64,000 bases of DNA from NCBI GenBank assembly GCA_965228475.1, contig OZ245817.1, forward strand, positions 4,768,262-4,832,261. The letters run 5' to 3'. A program made the position numbers and the translations under genes. This stretch comes from Myxococcota bacterium. GTDB lineage: Bacteria > Myxococcota_A > UBA9160 > JAFDDA01. The first letter of the stretch is position 1, and each line of letters starts with the position of its first letter. Below the pieces are notes generated by a model that saw nothing but the letters and a program-made list of their open reading frames with translations, did no database searches and was not told the origin of the DNA. Shown here piece after piece: positions 1 through 9,340 of the stretch.

Positions 1-167
1 CGCTCCTCGTAGTGGCGCCGGGCGCGCTCGATCTCGTCCGCCATCCGCTCGAAGACGTCGTCCTGCCGGATGCCGACGCGCACCTTCTCCGGGTCGTAGA
101 TCATGAGGTCCGAAACGAGTGCGCGGGCCAGGCGCTCGGCGCGCACCGGGTCGTGGATGGTCTCCAT
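1..167 (-). CDS. hypothetical protein, N-terminal fragment (gene runs off the window start)
   Basis: Not in the ORF track because there is no stop in the window. Hand translation of the minus strand from the ATG at 165-167 gives METIHDPVRAERLARALVSDLMIYDPEKVRVGIRQDDVFERMADEIERARRHYEE. A GGAGGA Shine-Dalgarno (revcomp of 176-181) lies 8 nt upstream. No family recognised. Confidence 0.4.
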   Translation of the reverse strand, partial: METIHDPVRAERLARALVSDLMIYDPEKVRVGIRQDDVFERMADEIERARRHYEE

Positions 168-186
168 CGCTCGCGTCCTCCCTGCG

Positions 187-837
187 TCAGCCGCCGCGCT
201 TGCGGAGCTGCATTCTCGAGCCCTTGCGGAAGCGCTTGCGCGGTTTCGCGGGCGGCGCGACGGCCTCGTCGTAGCGGCTCATGAAACCCTGTACGGCGAG
301 CCCCGGGTCGAAGCCCACCGCGCGGGCGAAGGCTTCGACGAAGCCGCGCACGTACACGCGCGCGGGCAGCCCGGCCATGTTCTCTTCCTCGATGTAGCGG
401 AGGTAGCGCGGGTTCACCTTGGTGAGGCTCGCGACCTTCTCGAAATCGAAGGAGCGGCGCAGGCGTGCGTTGCGGAAGGCCGCACCGTCGTACTGCTCGG
501 GCGGCTCTTCGACGTCGGTGAGCGGCACGGCCGAGTCCCGCGGCTCGGCGCGGGGCTCGGGGTCGAACTGGATCTCCACCGTGCTCTCGGGCGCGGCCGG
601 CGCGAGGTGGCGGTCGTACTCTTCCCGGGCCGCGGCGTTCGAGAGCACGCGATAGGCCTCCTCGACGCGGTCGCGAATGCCCTCGGCGTCGCGCGGGTCG
701 ACCACCGAGTAGAGCGCGAGGGAATCCTCGGCGAAGGTCGAGCGGGCGAGCCGGTAGGCGCGCTCGACGGCGGCCGGCGAGGCGCGCCGCGGAATCTCGA
801 GAATCTCGTAGTAGTCCTGTTCGCCGAGAGGCTTCAC
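187..837 (-). CDS. J-domain-like / helix-turn-helix protein (HPD motif absent)
   Basis: This is the last 216 codons of ORF 187..1437. The GTG at 835-837 overlaps the stop of the upstream gene (GTGA). It has a J-like segment (DYYEILEI..AVERAYRLA..VEEAYRVLSNAAAREEYD) without an HPD tripeptide, and a RodZ/XRE-like HTH (FDFEKVASLTKVNPRYLRYIEEE). The Arg-rich N-terminal half of the tracked ORF overlaps the ParA-like gene and is rejected. Confidence 0.7.
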   Translation of the reverse strand: MKPLGEQDYYEILEIPRRASPAAVERAYRLARSTFAEDSLALYSVVDPRDAEGIRDRVEEAYRVLSNAAAREEYDRHLAPAAPESTVEIQFDPEPRAEPRDSAVPLTDVEEPPEQYDGAAFRNARLRRSFDFEKVASLTKVNPRYLRYIEEENMAGLPARVYVRGFVEAFARAVGFDPGLAVQGFMSRYDEAVAPPAKPRKRFRKGSRMQLRKRGG

Positions 838-1859
838 GGGCGGACCTCTTGCTGCGGCGCCAGCCGGGCGCGCCGCCGCTCCTTCTCTTCTTCGGAGATG
901 CGCTCGGCGATCCGCTTCAGGTAGACGGCCGCGTCGGTCGTGGGCTCGGCCAGCACGAGCGGGCGCCGCGCCAGCACCGATCGGTGCACGGCCTCGTCGT
1001 GGTTCACGTAGCCGAGGTACTCGGCGTCGATGCCGAAGTACTTGCGGCACACGCTGCGCACCGCGAACCCGACCCGGATGTCCTCCGCGCTGCGCACGCC
1101 GTTCATGACGATGCGCGGCCGGAAGGCCGTCATGCTCGCGACGAAGCGCGCGCCGTCCCGGTCGTCGAGGTTCTGGACCTCCCGCAGGAGGTCGAGGGGC
1201 GTGCGGATGCCGCGCTCGTTCTTCTGGTCCATCGCGCCCGAGACGAGCTGGCGGACGGCCGGCTCCTTCATCGCCATGCGCATGCGGCGGTAGAAGGCCG
1301 CACGCAGGAAGGAGTAGGCGTTCTCGACGGAAGTGGGCTCGGGCTGGATCACGAGGATCTCGTCGTCGCCCTCGCTGAAGTAGTCCGTGACGGCGCTCGC
1401 GGTGCCGGCGCCGAGGTCGAAGACGACGATGTCGCAATCGAGCCGGCGGAGCTGCTCGATCAGGAGCACGCGCTGCTTGTGGGAAGGCTGGGGCGTCGCG
1501 AGGTTCGCGTGCGTCCCTGCGATCAGGCGGAGGTTCGGGACCGGCGTGTCGTAGGCGAGCTTCGCAAGCTCCGCCTCACGCCCGGCGGCGAAGTCGGCCA
1601 GGCTCGCCGGCGGCGCCGGAACGCCCAGACACGTATGAAGGTTGGCGCCCTCGAGATCGCCGTCGACGACGACCACGCGATGCCCCGCGCTCGCCAGCGC
1701 GGCCGAGAGGTTCGCCGCGAAGAAGCTCTTGCCGACGCCACCCTTGCCACCGCCGATGGTGACGAGACGGGCCCCGCCGCCCGTGCCCTTCGGCCCGCTC
1801 GGCTTCGCCCGCATGGCGCCGCTGTTCTGGTCGGGTCGTGCGGTCCCCCCGTCCCGCAT
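834..1859 (-). CDS. MinD/ParA/FlhG-family P-loop ATPase
   Basis: ORF 834..1859. It has a deviant Walker A (GGGKGGVGKS) followed by VVVVDGDLEGANLH. The ATG at 1859 has a purine-rich SD; an alternative ATG lies at 1814. Confidence 0.8.
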   Translation of the reverse strand: MRDGGTARPDQNSGAMRAKPSGPKGTGGGARLVTIGGGKGGVGKSFFAANLSAALASAGHRVVVVDGDLEGANLHTCLGVPAPPASLADFAAGREAELAKLAYDTPVPNLRLIAGTHANLATPQPSHKQRVLLIEQLRRLDCDIVVFDLGAGTASAVTDYFSEGDDEILVIQPEPTSVENAYSFLRAAFYRRMRMAMKEPAVRQLVSGAMDQKNERGIRTPLDLLREVQNLDDRDGARFVASMTAFRPRIVMNGVRSAEDIRVGFAVRSVCRKYFGIDAEYLGYVNHDEAVHRSVLARRPLVLAEPTTDAAVYLKRIAERISEEEKERRRARLAPQQEVRP

Positions 1860-1915
1860 CGTCCCCCCTTCTCGAACGCGTCAACGCGAACGCGCCAACG
1901 CGTGCTCGGCTCGCG

Positions 1916-2512
1916 TTACTCCAACAACTCCGTGTTCCAGTATGAGGCATCCACGACGTTGAGGAATGGCTTCCATTCCTTGTAGCGCACTGAAGACGCG
2001 ACGAGGTTGGAAAGCGGAGTCCAGCGCGGTTTCGCCGGCTTGCGCGCGAGCTTCATGCCCGCCTGCCGAGGGGTTCGCCCCCCCTTTCGGCGGTTGCAGT
2101 CGAGGCAGCTGCAAACGACGTTGTCCCAGGTGCTGCGTCCGCCGAGGGCGCGCGGGATCACGTGGTCGAGGTTCAGGTCCGAGCGCGGCCCGCGCTTGGC
2201 GCAGTACTGACAGGTGAAGTCGTCGCGGGCGAAGATGTTGAGGCGGCTGAAGCGGACGTGGCGCTTCGGGATGCGGTCGAAGGTGACCAGGACGATGACT
2301 CTTGGCACGAGCAGGGCGCCGCTCGAGGTGCCGATCCGATCGCCCTCGCGGAGCTCCGCGAGCTCGCTCCAGCTCTCGAAGTCGAAGGTCTGGTACTGCT
2401 CGTCGATGGCCTTGGCCGCGCCCTGGTAGATGAGTGCAAACGCCCGCCGTACCGACGTGACGTGAATCGGTAGATAGGACCGATTGAGAACCAGGACGCT
2501 CGAGTTCAGCAT
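1916..2512 (-). CDS. HNH endonuclease
   Basis: C-terminal 198 codons of ORF 1916..2695. HNH/Zn motif CQYC..DHVIPRALGG..WDNVVCSCLDCNRRKG. Start set at the ATG at 2510-2512 (MLNSSVLVLNRSY). Confidence 0.8.
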   Translation of the reverse strand: MLNSSVLVLNRSYLPIHVTSVRRAFALIYQGAAKAIDEQYQTFDFESWSELAELREGDRIGTSSGALLVPRVIVLVTFDRIPKRHVRFSRLNIFARDDFTCQYCAKRGPRSDLNLDHVIPRALGGRSTWDNVVCSCLDCNRRKGGRTPRQAGMKLARKPAKPRWTPLSNLVASSVRYKEWKPFLNVVDASYWNTELLE

Positions 2513-2549
2513 CTCGATGGGGACACGGTACCGGACGGCACCGCGGGCT

Positions 2550-3998
2550 TCAAACCACGTTCCGGTGTAGGGCCTCGCCCAGGGCCGCCTCGACCAGCGC
2601 ATCGTCGCCCGGCAGGAGCGTCCGCGCGTCGAGCCAGACGGCTGCGTCATGGATGCGCGCCAGCACCGGAACCGCGGCATGACGCAGCGCCGCACTGAGC
2701 GCCTCGGCGCTCCCGGCTCCGCGCAGCACCACGGCGAAGGTCGGCAGGACGAAGCCCGGCAGGGTGCCGCCGCCCACCGCGGCCTGTCCGGGCTCGACCG
2801 AGATCTCGACGGAGCCTTCGAGCTTCCGGAGCCGCGCCGCCAGCGCCTCGGCCCGGCGCTCGACGGCTTCGGCAGGCTCGCAGAGCTGGCGGACGGTGGG
2901 GATCTCCTCCGCGCGGCCTTCGAGGAGCGCGCGAAGCGTCCAGTCGAGGGCGGCGAGCGAGAGTTTGTCGAGGCGCAGGGCCCGGGCCAGGGCGTTCTTG
3001 CGCATGCGATGCACGACCTCGCGGCGGCCGAGCACGAGCCCGGCCTGGGGCCCGCCGAGCAGCTTGTCGCCCGAGAAGCAGACGACGTCCGCGCCGGCCG
3101 CCACCCGGGAGGGCGCGAAGTAGGTGCGCGGCAGGCCGTGCTCGGCGAGATCGAGCAGCGTCCCCGAGCCGAGGTCTTCCACGACCGGCACGCCGTGCTC
3201 GCGGCCGATCGCGACGAGCTCCGCGAGCTCCACCTCGGCGGTGAAGCCCCGCACCTCGAAGTTGCTGCGGTGGACCTTCAGCAGGAGACCCGTCTCGGGC
3301 CCGATGGCGCGGCGGTAATCGTCCGCGTGAGTCCGGTTCGTGGTGCCGACCTCGACGAGACGCGCGCCGGAGCTCGAGAGGATGTCCGGCACGCGGAAGG
3401 AGCCGCCGATCTCGACGAGCTCCCCGCGCGAGACGATCACCTCCCGGCCGCGCGCCAGCGTGTCGAGGGCGAGCAGCGTCGCCGCGGCGTTGTTGTTCAC
3501 GGCGAGGGCGTCCTCGCTCCCGCCGAGGTCCGTGAGCAGCGCGTTCACCGAACCGAGGCGGTCGCCGCGCTGGCCGGTCTCGAGGTCGAGTTCGAGGTTC
3601 GAGTAGTGGGCGGCGGTCTCGGCGGCGGCGCGCGCGGCATCCGGCGGCAGCGCCGCGCGCCCGAGGTTCGTGTGAAGCACCACGCCCGTGGCGTTCACCA
3701 CGGCGGTCGGCTGCGGTCGCGCGAAGCGCGCGGCGGCGGCCGTGGCGCGCTCCAGGAGATGGGAGGGCTCGGGGGCGGCGGCGCCGGGTTTGCCGAGGGC
3801 CGCGCGCGCGGCGTCGAGGCTCGCACGCACGCCGCGCACGACCGCCCAGGCCGGGAGCTCGGGCACCGCTTCCGCGACCTCGCGCGAGAGACGGTCCACG
3901 CTCGGCAGCGCCCGCCGGGCATCCTTGCCGGGTTCGCGCGAACTCAACGAATTCCCCCCCGCCCGAGGGCCGGCTGCGCTGCGCCAAGCGTTCGGCAT
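2550..3998 (-). CDS. selA: L-seryl-tRNA(Sec) selenium transferase
   Basis: ORF 2550..3998 shows full-length SelA-like motifs: LPSVDRL, VVNATGVVLHTNLGRA, YSNLELDLETGQRGDR, VIVSRGELVEIGGSFRVPD, FSGDKLLGGPQAG. An alternative TTG start at 3947 has a G-rich SD. Confidence 0.85.
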   Translation of the reverse strand: MPNAWRSAAGPRAGGNSLSSREPGKDARRALPSVDRLSREVAEAVPELPAWAVVRGVRASLDAARAALGKPGAAAPEPSHLLERATAAAARFARPQPTAVVNATGVVLHTNLGRAALPPDAARAAAETAAHYSNLELDLETGQRGDRLGSVNALLTDLGGSEDALAVNNNAAATLLALDTLARGREVIVSRGELVEIGGSFRVPDILSSSGARLVEVGTTNRTHADDYRRAIGPETGLLLKVHRSNFEVRGFTAEVELAELVAIGREHGVPVVEDLGSGTLLDLAEHGLPRTYFAPSRVAAGADVVCFSGDKLLGGPQAGLVLGRREVVHRMRKNALARALRLDKLSLAALDWTLRALLEGRAEEIPTVRQLCEPAEAVERRAEALAARLRKLEGSVEISVEPGQAAVGGGTLPGFVLPTFAVVLRGAGSAEALSAALRHAAVPVLARIHDAAVWLDARTLLPGDDALVEAALGEALHRNVV

Positions 3999-4510
3999 CG
4001 CAGGGGAATCGAGGCGAGGGCGGGTTCGGGGCGGGAAGTCACGTCGGGGTGTCCTGGTTGCGCCGGGGTCTTGGATTTACCATGCTCGGGACCACAGTTT
4101 AGGGCGGTCTGGAGAGATTTCCCCGGGGGCAAGGCATTCCTCGACGGGGACCCAGGGACGAAGCCGCTGCGAGCGGCCACTGGAGGTGGCCTCGTGCGGC
4201 AGATGCCGCAGGGCTGGACGGGCGGCGGGGAGCTGCACGGAGCCCGGCGGACCTGGAAGTCGATCTTCGGACCGTGAAGGTTGGAAACCGGTGCGAATTC
4301 ACGCTTTTCCCAATGATTTCAGGGTTTTAGAGAACTCCCGTCCCGCCGGCCCCTAGGCCGGCGCCACTCCACGTCCCCGCCGCCGCGAGGCGCGCGCCCA
4401 CCGCGTGCGCCGGCGGATCCTCTCCATCACCCGTCCCGCGTGGGTTCGACCAACGCGGCCTTGGTGCGTCGACCGACGGGTCGACGCGACCGGGCGCCGT
4501 GGGGACGGAC

Positions 4511-6472
4511 ATGAAGAACGAGATCCTGGTGAACGCCGAGCGCGGGGAAACCCGCGTCGCCGTTCTCGAACGCGGCCAATGTGCCGACCTCCTGATCGAA
4601 CGGACCGGCGCCGAGGACGTGGTCGGCAGCGTCATCAAGGGCAAGGTCACGCGGGTACTGCCCGGCATGCAGGCGGCCTTCGTCGACATCGGCCTCGAGA
4701 AGGCGGCCTTCCTCTACGCGGGCGACTACTACGCCGACGGCGAGGAGGACGAGGGCCGCGGCCGCCGGCGCAGCAGCGCGAAGAACGGCAAGGGTGGCAA
4801 CGGGAAGGGCGGCCGCGGGCGCTCGAACGGCCGGGGCCGCAACCGCCAGCCCCCCCGGATCGACACCCTGCTCTCCGAGGGCGAAGAGATCACCGTCCAG
4901 GTCGCCAAGGAGCCGATCGGCACCAAGGGCGCCCGCATCACCTCGAACGTCTCCATCGCCGGACGCCACCTCGTGCTGACGCCGCGCTCGAAGCGCGTCG
5001 GCGTCTCGCGGCGGATCGATTCGGACAAGGAGCGGCGCCGCCTGCGCGACATCGTGACGCGGCTCCGCCCCGAGGGCCTCGGCTTCATCACCCGCACGGC
5101 CGGCCAGAACGTCCGCGAGGCGGACCTCGAGGCCGACATCAAATACCTCTCCGAGGTCTGGAGCGACGTCCAGAAGAAGAAGAACGGCGCCGCCACCCCG
5201 AGCGTGCTCTACAGCGAGCCGCGCCTGCCGATCCGCGTGATCCGGGATCTCGCGAGCAACGAGACCGAGCGCATCGTCGTCGACAACGAAGAGATCTACG
5301 AGGAGATGAAGACCTTCGTGGACCGCTTCATCGCGGACCCGAAGCCCAAGATCGAGCACTACCAGGGCGAGACGCCGCTCTTCGACAAGTTCGGCGTGGA
5401 AGCCCAGATCGACGCCAACCTGAACCGCAAGGTCTTCATGAAATCCGGCGGCTACCTGATCATCGATCAGAGCGAGGCGCTGACCGCGATCGACGTGAAC
5501 ACCGGCAGCTACGTCGGCAAGCGCGACCTCGAAGAGACGGTCCTGCGCACGAACCTCGAAGCGGTGAAGGAGATCGTCCACCAGCTCCGCTTCCGGAACA
5601 TCGGCGGCCTGCTGATCCTCGACCTGATCGACATGGAGAGCCAGGCCAACCGCGACAAGGTCTACCGCGCGCTGCAGGAGGAGCTGCGCGCGGACAAGGC
5701 GCGCACGAACATCCTGCGCATCTCGGAGCTCGGCCTCGTCGAGATGACGCGCAAGCGGACGCGGGAGAACCTCGTCCAGACCGTGTGCGAGCCGTGCAGC
5801 TACTGCGAGGGCAAGGGCTACGTGCTCTCGGTGCGCTCGGTGACCTACCGGATCCTGCGCGCCCTGCGCGGGGACCTCTCGCGCCTGTCCGGGCGGCAGG
5901 TCGCGCTCTCGGTGGCCCCGGCCGTGGCGGAGCTCCTGCTCGGCGAGGAGAAGGAATCCCTGGCTGCCCTCGAGGCCGAGCTCGGGCGCTCCATCGAGCT
6001 TCGGGCCGTGCCGGGCATGCACCACGAACGCTTCGAGGTCCAGGCCCTCGACGCCGGGCCGCCGGTGGCCGTGAATCTCTCCTGGCTCGAGGCCCCGGAC
6101 GGCGAGGCCCCGCCGGAGCCCGACGAGGAGGAGGTCGAGGCCTCCGAGGAGGGGGCCGAGGAGACGCCCGCAGCAGAGGCGCCCGAGGCCGGCCCGGAGC
6201 CCGAGGCGGCCCCGGAAGCCGCCGCAGAGGCGGCGGAAACGGCCGAGACCCCCGCGGAGAGCCCCCCGAGCGGGGCCGCGGAAGCGGCCCCGGAGGCGGC
6301 CGAAGCCGCCGCTGCGGAGCCTGGCGAAGCCGCTGCGGAGCCCGCCGATGCCGAGGAGGCTCCGCCGGAGCCCCCGAGCGGCCCGGCCCTGGCCCGGGCC
6401 GAGGAGGCCCCGCTTGACGAGGCGCCGGAATCCCGGATACTCCGCGGTTCCCAGCAAAGCGGAGAGTCCTGA
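4511..6472 (+). CDS. ribonuclease E/G family protein (Rne/Rng)
   Basis: ORF 4499..6472. It has an S1 domain ([24 protein letters not shown]) and a catalytic core ([17 protein letters not shown]). There is an internal Arg/Gly-rich insert and an acidic Ala/Glu/Pro-rich C-terminal tail. The ATG at 4511 is preferred over the GTG at 4499 because of a GGGGA SD. Confidence 0.85.
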   Translation: MKNEILVNAERGETRVAVLERGQCADLLIERTGAEDVVGSVIKGKVTRVLPGMQAAFVDIGLEKAAFLYAGDYYADGEEDEGRGRRRSSAKNGKGGNGKGGRGRSNGRGRNRQPPRIDTLLSEGEEITVQVAKEPIGTKGARITSNVSIAGRHLVLTPRSKRVGVSRRIDSDKERRRLRDIVTRLRPEGLGFITRTAGQNVREADLEADIKYLSEVWSDVQKKKNGAATPSVLYSEPRLPIRVIRDLASNETERIVVDNEEIYEEMKTFVDRFIADPKPKIEHYQGETPLFDKFGVEAQIDANLNRKVFMKSGGYLIIDQSEALTAIDVNTGSYVGKRDLEETVLRTNLEAVKEIVHQLRFRNIGGLLILDLIDMESQANRDKVYRALQEELRADKARTNILRISELGLVEMTRKRTRENLVQTVCEPCSYCEGKGYVLSVRSVTYRILRALRGDLSRLSGRQVALSVAPAVAELLLGEEKESLAALEAELGRSIELRAVPGMHHERFEVQALDAGPPVAVNLSWLEAPDGEAPPEPDEEEVEASEEGAEETPAAEAPEAGPEPEAAPEAAAEAAETAETPAESPPSGAAEAAPEAAEAAAAEPGEAAAEPADAEEAPPEPPSGPALARAEEAPLDEAPESRILRGSQQSGES

Positions 6473-6783
6473 TGTACGCGGTTGTGCGAACCGGCGGCAA
6501 GCAAGTGTGGGTCGCGCCTGGCGAGGCGGTCCGGGTGGAGAAGCTCCCCGGCGAGGTCGGCGAATCGATCGAGCTCGGCGAAGTGCTGCTCGTCGGCGGC
6601 GAGGGCGAGGCCCGCGTCGGCCAGCCGCTCGTGGATGGCGCCAAGGTCGTCGGCACGATCACGGCCCAGGGCAAGGGCCCGAAGATTCATGTCTTCAAGA
6701 TGAAGCGCCGAAAGAACTACAGCCGGCGGCAAGGCCACCGGCAGCTCTACACCGAAATCCGTATCGACAAGATCGAGGGTTAA
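6472..6783 (+). CDS. rplU: 50S ribosomal protein L21
   Basis: ORF 6472..6783, [14 protein letters not shown]... is a typical L21. The ATG overlaps the rng stop by 1 nt (TGATG), and a GGAGAG SD is present. Confidence 0.95.
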   Translation: MYAVVRTGGKQVWVAPGEAVRVEKLPGEVGESIELGEVLLVGGEGEARVGQPLVDGAKVVGTITAQGKGPKIHVFKMKRRKNYSRRQGHRQLYTEIRIDKIEG

Positions 6784-6788
6784 GTCCG

Positions 6789-7049
6789 ATGTCACACAAA
6801 AAAGGACAGGGCAGCTCCCGCAACGGCCGCGACAGCAACGCGCAGCGCCGTGGCGTGAAGGTCTTCGGCGGACAGCAGGTGAACGCCGGTGCGATCCTCG
6901 TGCGCCAGGTCGGGACGAAGATCCACGCCGGGCGCAACGTGGGCGTCGGCAAGGACTACACGCTGTTCGCCCTGCGCACGGGCGTGGTCCACTACGACGA
7001 CCGCCGCGGCCGCAAGGTCGCCCGCGTCGACGAAGCCGCCGCCTCCTAG
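6789..7049 (+). CDS. rpmA: 50S ribosomal protein L27
   Basis: Internal ATG of ORF 6348..7049. [29 protein letters not shown] is the L27 signature (86 aa). Confidence 0.95.
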   Translation: MSHKKGQGSSRNGRDSNAQRRGVKVFGGQQVNAGAILVRQVGTKIHAGRNVGVGKDYTLFALRTGVVHYDDRRGRKVARVDEAAAS

Positions 7050-7081
7050 GCCCGCGGCCCCCGGCAAGCGGGGCTCCCCCA

Positions 7082-8167
7082 ATGAACACGGACAAGAGCT
7101 TCGTCGACGAAGCCGTCGTGCACGTGCACGCGGGGCGTGGCGGCGACGGTTCGGTGAGCTTTCGGCGCGAGAAGTTCGTGCCGCGCGGCGGGCCCGACGG
7201 TGGCGACGGCGGGCGCGGCGGCAGCGTCATCTTCGTGGCGGATCGCAACCTGGCCACGCTCGTCGACCAGCGGCTCCACCCGAAGATCCGCGCCGAGAAC
7301 GGCCTGCCCGGCGAACGGCGCAACCGAAACGGCCGCGGGGGTGAGGACAAGATCGTCCCCCTGCCCGTCGGCACCCTGATCTTCGACGCGGACGCGGGCG
7401 AAGACGCCGAACCCCTCGCGGACCTCTCCGAGGACGGCGCACGCTACACGGCCGCCCGCGGCGGGCGGGGCGGACGCGGCAACACCCAGTTCACCTCGCC
7501 CACGCGGCAGACGCCGGACTTCGCCGAGGACGGCCGGCTCGGCGGGCTCGCGAACCTGCGCCTCTCCTTGAAGCTGCTCGCGGACGTCGGCCTGGCCGGG
7601 CTCCCGAACGCCGGCAAGTCGACCCTGCTCTCGCGCATCTCCGGCGCGAAGCCGCGCGTCGCCGCCTACCCCTTCACGACCCTCGTCCCGTCCCTCGGCG
7701 TGGTCGAGAAGGGCGAGCATCGCTTCGTCGTGGCGGACATCCCGGGCCTGATCGAGGGCGCGAGCGAGGGCACCGGCCTCGGCGACCGCTTCCTCCGCCA
7801 CGTCGAGCGCACCCGGCTACTCGTCCACGTCCTCGACGTGGGGACGTGCCTGCTCGAGGAGCGCGACCCGCTCGCGGACTACGAGACCATCCGCGGCGAG
7901 CTCGAAGCCTACGGGGCGGAGCTCGGCGAGCGGCCCGAGATCGTCGCGCTGAACAAGCTCGATCTCATCGCGGACCGCGAGGCACTCGATACCTTGGAGG
8001 CGGAGTTCGCCGCCCGGGGCCGGCGCGTGCTGCGCATCTCCGGGGTGACGGGCGAAGGCATCGACGCGCTCATCGACGCCATGGCCGAAGCCGTCGGCCA
8101 GGCGCTCGACGCGGAAGAGCAGCGCAAGCGCGAGGCCGAGCGCGAAGAAACGAGGACCGAGTCGTGA
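7082..8167 (+). CDS. obg: GTPase Obg/CgtA
   Basis: ORF 7082..8167. It has the Obg fold (FVDEAVVHVHAGRGGDGSVSFRREKFVPRGGPDGGDGGRGG) and GTPase motifs (GLPNAGKST, DIPGLIEGA, NKLD). Confidence 0.95.
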   Translation: MNTDKSFVDEAVVHVHAGRGGDGSVSFRREKFVPRGGPDGGDGGRGGSVIFVADRNLATLVDQRLHPKIRAENGLPGERRNRNGRGGEDKIVPLPVGTLIFDADAGEDAEPLADLSEDGARYTAARGGRGGRGNTQFTSPTRQTPDFAEDGRLGGLANLRLSLKLLADVGLAGLPNAGKSTLLSRISGAKPRVAAYPFTTLVPSLGVVEKGEHRFVVADIPGLIEGASEGTGLGDRFLRHVERTRLLVHVLDVGTCLLEERDPLADYETIRGELEAYGAELGERPEIVALNKLDLIADREALDTLEAEFAARGRRVLRISGVTGEGIDALIDAMAEAVGQALDAEEQRKREAEREETRTES

Positions 8168-9297
8168 GCGATGTGCGAAGAAAGCACGTGAAGGGCGCGC
8201 GGCGGATCGTCGTGAAGGTCGGGAGCAGCTCGCTCAGCTCCGACGGCCAGCTCCGGACGCGCCTGTTCGGCGACCTCGCCCGCCAGATCGCCGAGCTCAC
8301 CACGAACAAGCGCCGCTTCGTGATCGTCTCCTCGGGCGCCATCGCCATGGGTGCGCGTACGCTCGGCTGGAAGAACCGCGGCCGCTCCATCCCCGAGAAG
8401 CAGGCCGCCGCCGCCGTCGGGCAGATCGACCTCGTCGAGACCTACCGCAAGCGCTTCGCCCGCCACGACATGCAGGTGGGTCAGGTGCTCGTGACGCGCC
8501 AGGGCATGGAAGACCGCGAGCGATTCCTGAACGCCCGCCACACCCTGACGACCCTGCTCGACATGGGCGTCGTGCCGATCGTGAACGAGAACGACACCGT
8601 CGCGACCGACGAGATCCGCTTCGGCGACAACGACAACCTCTCGGCCACCGTGCTGAACCTGATCGGTGCCGACCTGCTCGTCCTGCTCTCGGACGTCGAC
8701 GGCCTCTACGAAGAACGGCCCGAAGCCGGCAAGCCCAAGCCGAAGATGATCCGCGAGGTCGAGAAGATCGACGCGCGCATCAAGCGCGCCGCGAGCGGCC
8801 CGGGCAGCGACTTCGGCAGCGGCGGCATGGCGACCAAGCTCGAAGCCGCCGAGACCGCCGCCCGCTCGGGCGCCGCGACGATCGTCTGCAACGGCCGCAA
8901 GAAGGACATCCTCCTGAAGCTCCTGGCCGGCGAGCCCGAAGGCACGCTCTTCCTGCCCGGCGAGAAGCTCAACAGCCGCAAGCACTGGCTCGCCTTCACC
9001 ACGCGCCCGAAGGGCGAGCTCGTCCTCGACGACGGCGCCGTCCGCGCGCTGCGCGAGGGCGGCAAGAGCCTGCTCCCGGCCGGCATCACCGAAGTCCGCG
9101 GCCGCTTCCGCATCGGCGACGCCGTCGCCTGCGTCGACCGCCGCGGCAACGAGATCGCCCGCGGCCTCGCCGCCTACGCCTCCGGCGACGTCGCCCGCAT
9201 CCGCGGCCTCGAGACCCGCAAGGTCGCGGGCGTCCTCGGCTACACGAATGGGGATGCGGTGGTGCACCGGGACGACCTGGTGGTGCTCACGGGCTGA
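8164..9297 (+). CDS. proB: glutamate 5-kinase (with PUA domain)
   Basis: In-frame GTG at 8164 within ORF 7846..9297, overlapping the obg stop (GTGA). Motifs RIVVKVGSSSL and IPIVNENDTVATDEIRFGDNDNLSA, with a C-terminal PUA-like region. Confidence 0.9.
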   Translation: MSDVRRKHVKGARRIVVKVGSSSLSSDGQLRTRLFGDLARQIAELTTNKRRFVIVSSGAIAMGARTLGWKNRGRSIPEKQAAAAVGQIDLVETYRKRFARHDMQVGQVLVTRQGMEDRERFLNARHTLTTLLDMGVVPIVNENDTVATDEIRFGDNDNLSATVLNLIGADLLVLLSDVDGLYEERPEAGKPKPKMIREVEKIDARIKRAASGPGSDFGSGGMATKLEAAETAARSGAATIVCNGRKKDILLKLLAGEPEGTLFLPGEKLNSRKHWLAFTTRPKGELVLDDGAVRALREGGKSLLPAGITEVRGRFRIGDAVACVDRRGNEIARGLAAYASGDVARIRGLETRKVAGVLGYTNGDAVVHRDDLVVLTG

Positions 9298-9340
9298 GCA
9301 GGCTCAGGATCTCCCCCGAGCGTCCGTCTGAGATCCACGC

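Noticed and set aside
2647-4277. Long ORFs overlapping selA in other frames or strands (2647..3987 minus, 2649..4277 plus, and others)
   Set aside because: The translations are extreme in Arg/Pro/Gly/Ala and carry no motifs. This is typical of spurious open frames in roughly 70% GC DNA. selA in frame 2550..3998 explains the region.
4000-4498. Possible tRNA-Sec (selC) or other tRNA next to selA, prompted by a GGGTTCGACC T-loop-like hairpin at about 4440
   Set aside because: No complementary acceptor strand, D-arm or UCA anticodon stem could be built around it. It is more likely a hairpin in the rne/rng leader.
6080-6470. Apparent tandem DNA repeats (GCC/GAG/GCG periodicity) that could suggest a repeat array
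   Set aside because: They are in frame within the RNase E/G gene and encode its Ala/Glu/Pro-rich tail. There is no spacer-repeat structure, and it is not a CRISPR or satellite.
5460-7374. Minus-strand ORFs of 404 and 509 aa antisense to rng, rplU, rpmA and obg
   Set aside because: Arg/Pro/Ser-rich low-complexity translations lying antisense to unmistakable ribosomal-protein and RNase genes. These are GC-bias artefacts.
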